Part shown: positions 58,061 through 64,000 of the stretch, piece after piece
Position numbering within the stretch: position 1 is the first letter of the stretch
Layout: the number at the start of each line of letters is the position of its first letter
Assembly: GCA_001001045.1 (NCBI GenBank)
Contig: LCIL01000002.1
Location: forward strand, 9,127 to 73,126
Reading direction: 5' to 3'
DNA: 64,000 nucleotides
Origin: Candidatus Woesebacteria bacterium GW2011_GWA1_44_23
GTDB lineage: Bacteria; Patescibacteriota; Microgenomatia; UBA8517
Translations under genes and position numbers: made by a program
Notes under the pieces: generated by a model
Databases searched by the model: none
What the model was told of the DNA's origin: nothing
The model's input: the letters and a program-made list of their open reading frames with translations, nothing else

Positions 58061-59551
58061 CTAGAGAATAAAAAGTCCCACCAGGCCCACTAAACCAACA
58101 TAAATTGCACAGGGAATTATTACACCTTTTAGTATTTTCCTTTCCTCATTTTTTAGTCCGACCGCAGCCTCTGCTGCCATTATGTCGGCCAGTGCGATCA
58201 TGTTTCCTGCCGCTGCTCCGACAAGGGCCAATGCCAAAATTTTATCTACGCTAAAATTCAGTTCCCCAGCGGCAGCGGCCAAAAAGTTGCCAAACATCAA
58301 ATTGGAAACGGTTATGCTTCCTGTAAGGAAGCTCCCGAAAGCTCCAACAATTGGTGCCCAAAGAGGTAAAAAGATATTTTTAACATGAACTGCAAGAAAT
58401 TCGACCATCGACGGGAGAGATTTTAAATTGTTGACCGATGTAACCATTATTTGTGAAATTGCGGACATAAAAACAATCACCCAAAATGGTCCCAATGATC
58501 TTTTAAATGCTAATTTTATGGAAGATTTGAAAAAAACCACATCTCTTTTAAACGCCAACAAAGCCACGAATCCTGCAATCATAAATGCAAAGCCCGGATT
58601 AAAGTAGGCAAATGTATGCCTAATTATTATCGGAATTTGAACCCCAGAACTTCCAAGGATAAACTTTCCGGCAATTAAAATCAGGATTAAAAGTAAATAA
58701 GGAAACATAACCCTGCCGGGAGAAAGCGTTGCGGGGCGCGGATTGTCCACAAGTTCTTTTTCCTTCCTGGGTACAAAAATTCCTAGCTTCGTAGTGGCAA
58801 ACACCAGGGCAAGGCCGATTACGGATCCAATTATTGAAGGGAATTCCTGGCCGAAAGGTACCGTTAGGATCGACGGTACGCAAAAAGCGATACCGGCCCA
58901 GATAGCAAAAGGCAGGGCTTCAAAAAATTCCTTTCTACTTTCCTTCTTGCCTTTGATCAAAAACCACAGCATAAAAACAGGTACCAATATTCCTACCAAA
59001 TTAATATACGCCGCAGTCAGAGGAACCGAAGCTCCTGCAAGAGAACCGAAGCCTACTTTAATTGGGGTCCCGGCGGCACCAAAAATACCAGAGGTACTAT
59101 TTCCCAAAATGGCAATTATGGCAGCGTTTATAGGAGCAATTCCAAGCCCAACCAGAAGAGGGGCAACGACTATCGAGGGGGTCCCAAACCCGGCAGTTCC
59201 TTCCAAAAAATTTTCAAAAAACCAGGCCAGAAATATTACCTGTATACGAAGATCTTTCGAAATGGATTCCAGGTGGTAGCCAATGTTCTCGATAATTTTT
59301 GTTCCCCGCATAATTTCCAGGAAAAAAATGGCTCCGAAAATGATAAAAAATATATCAAGGGCCACAAAAAACCCCTTTAAAAGGGAGCCTAAAATATATG
59401 CAGGATAAACCTGCCAATAAACCGCGGCTAGGGCGATCACCAGGACTAAAGTAATAAAAGAAACCCAAATAAGCGGAGTCTTTCTCCAGAGAAGAAGTAT
59501 TAAAAACAGGATAAAAGGAGAGGCTGCTAGAACTGCCGGCAAAAGAGTCAT
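58061..59551 (-). CDS. L-lactate permease (LctP) family transporter
   Basis: LEGTAGFGTPSIVVAPLLVGLGIAPINAA and GAAGTPIKVG motifs; 496 aa polytopic. Confidence 0.65.
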   Translation of the reverse strand: MTLLPAVLAASPFILFLILLLWRKTPLIWVSFITLVLVIALAAVYWQVYPAYILGSLLKGFFVALDIFFIIFGAIFFLEIMRGTKIIENIGYHLESISKDLRIQVIFLAWFFENFLEGTAGFGTPSIVVAPLLVGLGIAPINAAIIAILGNSTSGIFGAAGTPIKVGFGSLAGASVPLTAAYINLVGILVPVFMLWFLIKGKKESRKEFFEALPFAIWAGIAFCVPSILTVPFGQEFPSIIGSVIGLALVFATTKLGIFVPRKEKELVDNPRPATLSPGRVMFPYLLLILILIAGKFILGSSGVQIPIIIRHTFAYFNPGFAFMIAGFVALLAFKRDVVFFKSSIKLAFKRSLGPFWVIVFMSAISQIMVTSVNNLKSLPSMVEFLAVHVKNIFLPLWAPIVGAFGSFLTGSITVSNLMFGNFLAAAAGELNFSVDKILALALVGAAAGNMIALADIMAAEAAVGLKNEERKILKGVIIPCAIYVGLVGLVGLFIL

Positions 59552-59605
59552 TGTTCACATTCTAAACCAAAAGTACTCAGGCTTAAAGATTCTTCCTAAA
59601 TTTGT

Positions 59606-60028
59606 TTAATATATGCCCTGTATTTCCCTCAACAAACGCTGGTAGAGCAGGTGCGTTCTTTGGGCAACGTCCGTGTGTCTTAATATGGATGATGGAGATT
59701 TCCGTACATATTCCATACCTTCAGGATAATCATCGCCGAATTGGGTTTGTGTAAAGTCTTTAATTCTTTTATCAGGAAGAAGATTAACCCAGTGGAATTC
59801 CAAATGCTTATATTTTGGGAGTGATTTCAAATCAGCCCGTAATAGTAAACCACCAAAAATTGGCCTCGCAACTAAAGAAACCGGAACACATGTACCATAA
59901 AGGGGATTATCCGGAGTCCACCTTTCCGGATCATATGAAATGCTGGCATCACAAATTCTGGGAAGAATCTGTTCAAACTCTTTTTCTGATATTTGGATTT
60001 CGGAAAACCTAGTTCTTTCTAATTTCAT
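59606..60028 (-). CDS. Hypothetical protein downstream of the QueC-like gene
   Basis: 140 aa; 9-bp gap to the QueC-like ORF. Confidence 0.4.
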   Translation of the reverse strand: MKLERTRFSEIQISEKEFEQILPRICDASISYDPERWTPDNPLYGTCVPVSLVARPIFGGLLLRADLKSLPKYKHLEFHWVNLLPDKRIKDFTQTQFGDDYPEGMEYVRKSPSSILRHTDVAQRTHLLYQRLLREIQGIY

Positions 60029-60037
60029 ACGCGGTAT

Positions 60038-61177
60038 TTATACGTTGAATCGGGCCAGATCGTCAAGGTGTTTCATAAAACTCTCCGAAATGAGAGTCCT
60101 GTTATTCGAATAGTTTTCAAGCCACCTGTAAGTATCATTCACAAAATATTTTATTTCTTTAGTGGGAATGTTTTCCAAATCGGGGTCGTGATAATAAATT
60201 CTTCCCAAGGTCATTCTTCTGCATTTTACACAGCTACCGCACCAGTGTTTAGGACTTTTTTCCGCAAGAAATTGTGTTTCTCTCTCCCATTTCCTACGAA
60301 TATTGTGAAGCTGGTGCTCAGCTGAAAAACAATTCTGCACCAAGGGCAGAATATCAATCCCCATCTCCGATTCCAATTTAAGTACCGCCCCTACTGTTTC
60401 AACATCGTGCGCGTCCATTCCTTCTACTTGAGAACTAAGACCTGTGCCTTTTATCAGTTTATTAAAAAATATCCAAGCAGGCTTATATTCACTAAAGTGA
60501 GCATCGGGCTTTGTCTGCATATCTCCCTCTATAAAAATTTTTTCAACGTTAAATTGCTCAGCCGTCATTACGGTAACCAGGGCCAAAAACATATCCCGGG
60601 TGCGCATTACGGCAGACCCGGTATTGTCAGTTCCGTTTCTTAACCTTATTTCTGTGTATGGAACCCCAAAAACTTCCGCTTGAAGCCTGCTTGCCATCGC
60701 CTCTTTGTAATTCCCTTTGGGATTTAAGTTTCTAAGGTGGGTAATCATCACTTTCTGGTTTTCGTTAAGAAGCGTCGCCACTCTATAGACGGAGTCGAGT
60801 CCTCCTGAATGAGCATTTGCATATAATACCTTTTCCGTTTTTTTACCGTTCGCTGTAACAAACTTTGGGCGAGTTTGTTCGCTACCTTTAACTATCTTGG
60901 GCGGGGTAAAACCATAATGTTTATATAACTCATCCAAAAACACCCCGTAATCGACATTAAAATTTGTTTCAATTTTTTTTGGAAAATGACGGATTACCAA
61001 GTGTGCCAGCATTACCGTACGCAGAAGTTCTTGTGAAGATAATGGAGTACCCGCACCAAAATCAACTGGTTCCTCGATAAAAAGACTCCTGTCGTTATTT
61101 GTTGCTTTAAACGTTAAACCAAACGGATTTTTTGGAGAAAGATTCACTTGGATTTGCCCGGCACGCTCGGTATTCAT
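60038..61177 (-). CDS. QueC-like PP-loop ATPase with N-terminal (~110 aa) and C-terminal extensions
   Basis: PP-loop AHSGGLDSVY at about aa 120; QueC-type zinc motif CGSCVKCRR (CGxCxxCxR) at about aa 320; spacing matches a QueC core. Confidence 0.65.
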   Translation of the reverse strand: MNTERAGQIQVNLSPKNPFGLTFKATNNDRSLFIEEPVDFGAGTPLSSQELLRTVMLAHLVIRHFPKKIETNFNVDYGVFLDELYKHYGFTPPKIVKGSEQTRPKFVTANGKKTEKVLYANAHSGGLDSVYRVATLLNENQKVMITHLRNLNPKGNYKEAMASRLQAEVFGVPYTEIRLRNGTDNTGSAVMRTRDMFLALVTVMTAEQFNVEKIFIEGDMQTKPDAHFSEYKPAWIFFNKLIKGTGLSSQVEGMDAHDVETVGAVLKLESEMGIDILPLVQNCFSAEHQLHNIRRKWERETQFLAEKSPKHWCGSCVKCRRMTLGRIYYHDPDLENIPTKEIKYFVNDTYRWLENYSNNRTLISESFMKHLDDLARFNV

Positions 61178-61203
61178 AAATTTCCCGATTGTAGCACTTT
61201 TAA

Positions 61204-61770
61204 CTACTTAACTCTGCCGAGATACTCTCCTGTGGTTGTATCAAGTTGGATTTTTTCTCCAACCTTGATGAATAAGGGAACTTGAACTTCGATCCCCGTT
61301 TCGAGTTTTACAGTTTTTTTGGGAGCATTTACGGTATTGCCAGCCACGCTATCCGGAGACTCGGTTACCTCCAGGGTAACATGTGCCGGGAGTGTGGCAC
61401 CTATGGCTTTACCCTTGTACCATACAATCCAGCATTTTAGGTTTGGCAAAAAATATCCGAATTGATCCTCAACCAGGGCTAGCGGAATCGAAGCCTGGTC
61501 GTAGCTCTTGGGATCCATAAAGGTAAGATCGTCCCCGTCTCTATATAAATATTCCATTTCTTTTTTCTCAATCTCGGCAATCTCAACACTTTCGCCGGTT
61601 TTATAAGTAAACTCCCCTGCAGAGCCAGTCTGAACGTTTTTAAACTTAATACGCATAACCGGTGAGCCTTTCCCTGGAGACATAAATTCCGTTTTTGTGA
61701 CATAAACGGGGGCTCCTTTAAAAATAATGAAGCTGCCTTTTATGATGTTGCCTGCGTTTATTGTGTCCAT
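61204..61770 (-). CDS. efp: Elongation factor P
   Basis: KOW/OB domain order; conserved loop SPGKGSP with Lys. Confidence 0.9.
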   Translation of the reverse strand: MDTINAGNIIKGSFIIFKGAPVYVTKTEFMSPGKGSPVMRIKFKNVQTGSAGEFTYKTGESVEIAEIEKKEMEYLYRDGDDLTFMDPKSYDQASIPLALVEDQFGYFLPNLKCWIVWYKGKAIGATLPAHVTLEVTESPDSVAGNTVNAPKKTVKLETGIEVQVPLFIKVGEKIQLDTTTGEYLGRVK

Positions 61771-61857
61771 CGCACGCGTATTTTACCATTTCGCCAGTGA
61801 AATGACCAAGCTCTGCTAATTACGGATGTGCCAAGATTCGGCAATCTCAATCCAGGC

Positions 61858-62838
61858 TCAAAGGTCAAATATTTCTCCGGCGGGAAAGAACATGGTTTCG
61901 GAGACTGAAGGAACATCCGCCGCAAGCATAATGAGTCTGTCAACGCCAACCGCAATACCGGAAACCGCAGGTAGACCTTCCTTCAGAGCTTCTATCAAGT
62001 CTTCGTCAATCGGATATTCTATTTTTCTCTGCCGCTTTCTTTCTGCCAAATCCGCTTCGAAACGTTTCTTTTGTTCCTTGGCATCCGTCAGCTCCGAAAA
62101 ACAGTTCCCCATTTCTACCCCCGCCAAAAACACTTCAAATCTTTCCGCAAACCGGCCGTCTGCTGCTTTTTTAGAAAGGGATGCTTGGGAAATCGGGTAG
62201 TTATAAATAAAGTAAGGCTTTCTCAACTTCAAAAGCGCCGGTTCAATCTTGTTAAAAAATATTTGATAAAAATCTTCATCTGCAACATCCTCAATTTTAA
62301 GTCCTGCGTATTTGGTAAAAGCTTCCTCAAAACTAATTCTCGGCCAAGGAAGACTCAAATCATAACTCTCCCCCTGATAATCCCACTTGGACAAATCTGC
62401 CTTGGGGTTAACGCTTGTGATGATCTTAGTAAAAAGATGTTCAAAATCCTTCATTACGTCCGTATAATCGGCATGAATTTTGTACCATTCAAGCATCGTG
62501 AATTCCGGGTTATGAAGAGAACTTACTTCCTCTTCATTCCTGAAACACTTCGTAATTTCAAAGCAATTACCGATTCCCGCCGCAAGAAGTTTTTTGATTG
62601 AAAACTCGGGACTCATAATTAAAAACCCTTGACGTTTTAATCCTTTTGAGGTTCTGAGTTCGGTTTGGAAAACTTCCAAATTCGGCTCGATTGAAGGAAT
62701 GGGCACCAAGATCGGAGTAAAAACCTCATGAAAGTTTCTATCCTTAAAAAAAGACCTAATCGTATCAATTACCTTTTCCCGGACCAGATACCGGTTAATC
62801 AGCTTCGGATTATTTTTGATTCTTTGCCAAGTGCGCAT
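61858..62838 (-). CDS. epmA: EF-P--(R)-beta-lysine ligase (class II LysRS paralog EpmA/PoxA)
   Basis: Class II aaRS catalytic core without anticodon-binding domain; 326 aa; adjacent to efp. Confidence 0.75.
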   Translation of the reverse strand: MRTWQRIKNNPKLINRYLVREKVIDTIRSFFKDRNFHEVFTPILVPIPSIEPNLEVFQTELRTSKGLKRQGFLIMSPEFSIKKLLAAGIGNCFEITKCFRNEEEVSSLHNPEFTMLEWYKIHADYTDVMKDFEHLFTKIITSVNPKADLSKWDYQGESYDLSLPWPRISFEEAFTKYAGLKIEDVADEDFYQIFFNKIEPALLKLRKPYFIYNYPISQASLSKKAADGRFAERFEVFLAGVEMGNCFSELTDAKEQKKRFEADLAERKRQRKIEYPIDEDLIEALKEGLPAVSGIAVGVDRLIMLAADVPSVSETMFFPAGEIFDL

Positions 62839-62858
62839 ATGAGGGTATTATATATCTT

Positions 62859-63239
62859 GTGAGGAAAGTGATCATTGTCAAAAAAACGGGTAAAAAGGGA
62901 CGCGGGGTTTTTGCCCTCAAGGATTTTAAAGAGGGGGAAATAATTGAAACGTGCCCTGTAATTAATATTACTCCCAAGGAAAGAAGGATTGTTGAAAAAA
63001 CAATCTTTAATTACTACATCTACCCTTGGCGAAGTACCCTAAGCGGTTCGCTGGCCTTGGGCTACGGCTCGATCTATAACCATGCTTACTCCCCCAACGC
63101 GGACTGGAAGCAGAATTTTAAAACAAACTCCATGGTATATAGGGCAGTTAAACCCATTAAAAAAGGTGAAGAAATCACCGTTAACTATAACGGCGAGCCC
63201 GATGACCAAACCCCGGTTGATTGGTTTGAAGTATCTTGA
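62859..63239 (+). CDS. SET-domain protein (putative protein-lysine methyltransferase)
   Basis: GRGVFA N-SET, YNHAYSPNA (NHxC-like) and GEEITVNY motifs; 126 aa. Confidence 0.75.
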   Translation: MRKVIIVKKTGKKGRGVFALKDFKEGEIIETCPVINITPKERRIVEKTIFNYYIYPWRSTLSGSLALGYGSIYNHAYSPNADWKQNFKTNSMVYRAVKPIKKGEEITVNYNGEPDDQTPVDWFEVS

Positions 63240-63300
63240 GAGTCTATGGAGTAAACGGTTTACCGTTAAAGAGGACTTCGATCCCCCCAGTGTCTCCATC

Positions 63301-63770
63301 TCACAATTCATAAGTAACCCCCGCCTCCATAAACATTTGTCTGGCGATTTCGATCGGTTCTTTCCAGTGATCGGGGGAGGAATCAAAGGTTTTTTTATGT
63401 CCAATCACTTTAATTATTCCCGAATCAATAATTGATTTCGCGCAATCGTTACAGGCAACCCAGCTTCCGTACATCGTAAGCCTTCCGTTTTAACCCCGTT
63501 TCTGGCTGCATATAAAATCGAGGCATGTTCTGCATGAACAACATATAAATATTTCGCGGGTCTTTCCAACCGTTCCGGGCTTTCAACCACACCTTTCGGA
63601 AAACAATTTGTTCCCCAAGCAACAACCCTTCCGCTTCCGTCAACCAAAATCGCCCCATTTTGAGTGCTTCTATCGGTGCTGTTTTTAGCCGCAAACTCGT
63701 AAGCTTGCCTTAAGTATTCTTTGGACATTTCTGATGCTGAAGTTACAGCAACTGGATAGATTAGGCGCAA
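63301..63770 (-). pseudogene. dCMP/cytidine deaminase (ComEB-like) interrupted by a frameshift in an A4 run
   Basis: N-terminal frame (63414-63770) holds VHAEHAS. The zinc-ligand segment LTMYGSWVACNDCAKSIIDSGIIKV continues in another frame down to a TGA at 63301. The switch lies near GGGGTTAAAACGG (about 63470). Confidence 0.55.
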
Positions 63771-63799
63771 GTGGGAAAACGTGATACAATACGTAAACT

Positions 63800-64000
63800 A
63801 TGGGAAATTTTAATAGAGATGGTGACAGGGGCGGCGGATACCGCGGCGGTTTTAACCGCGGCGGAGGCAGGGGTAGTTTTGGCGGACGAGGCGGGGGGTC
63901 TTCTTTCGGTGAGGATAGAGGCAGACGCGAGATGTTTAAAACAGTTTGCAGCAACTGCGAAAAAGAGTGCGAGGTTCCTTTTAGACCCACAAACGGTAAA
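63800..64000 (+). CDS. Partial CDS (runs off the window): RGG/Gly-Arg-rich protein followed by a Cys-rich segment
   Basis: MGNFNRDGDRGGGYRGGFNRGGGRGSFGGRGGG...CSNCEKEC; no stop before the window end. Confidence 0.35.
   Translation, partial: MGNFNRDGDRGGGYRGGFNRGGGRGSFGGRGGGSSFGEDRGRREMFKTVCSNCEKECEVPFRPTNGK

Noticed and set aside
58743-59279. 178-aa plus-strand ORF antisense to the LctP-family permease
   Set aside because: Shadow ORF within a strongly supported membrane transporter gene.
63685-63990. 101-aa Pro-rich minus-strand ORF (PPPRPPKLPLPPP)
   Set aside because: It is the reverse complement of the Gly/Arg-rich (GGN/CGN-rich) coding sequence starting at 63800 on the plus strand. The Pro-rich frame is an antisense artifact.
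1-64000. CRISPR arrays, rRNA genes, IS elements or transposases
   Set aside because: No regularly spaced short direct repeats, no rRNA-like conserved blocks and no transposase motifs (DDE, HTH_Tnp) were seen anywhere. The only notable repeat is the 2 x 73-bp tandem at 47409-47554.

Overview
This 64 kb window has low GC and is densely packed with genes, mostly on the minus strand. It looks like a small-genome, Patescibacteria/CPR-like bacterium. That is an inference from gene content (archaeal-type TIM, class I FBA, split transketolase, ATP-dependent DNA ligase, B12-dependent class II RNR with NrdR, two tandem class A PBPs, a type IV pilus ATPase) and could not be tested. Stop codons fit the standard genetic code. 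Most of the window is housekeeping. Annotated content: PilB at the window start; a thiol-redox cluster (DsbA-like, TrxB, TrxA); a copper-homeostasis island (csoR-copA, a divergent membrane cupredoxin-like protein, copZ, a small MCPVC membrane protein) with a 17-bp G/C palindrome as candidate CsoR operator; gdhA, pth, ligase, Fic, recF, mutM, ftsH, trpS; three tRNAs (two CAT, one UAU) flanking a Xer-like tyrosine recombinase; a HerA/FtsK-like membrane ATPase; pduO-nrdJ-nrdR; a CPBP protease; a glycolysis/PPP cluster (PfkB, FBA, tktAB, gap, pgk, rpiB, tpi); a B12-uptake-like pair (DUF4430 plus an ECF S-component-like protein) with a weak cobalamin-riboswitch-like leader; efp-epmA; and a SET-domain protein. 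The best candidates for an undescribed system are (1) an operonic E1-like (ThiF/MoeB) protein with an uncharacterised 240-aa partner at 1785-3422, and (2) an orphan divergent QueC-like PP-loop ATPase with N- and C-terminal extensions plus a 140-aa partner directly downstream of efp-epmA at 59606-61177. Other anomalies: a perfect 73-bp tandem duplication that rewrites the 5' end of a Gmad2-domain gene, two frameshift-interrupted genes (histidine kinase, dCMP deaminase), and an HD plus alpha/beta-hydrolase fusion. Every call comes from reading motifs by eye; no searches were run.
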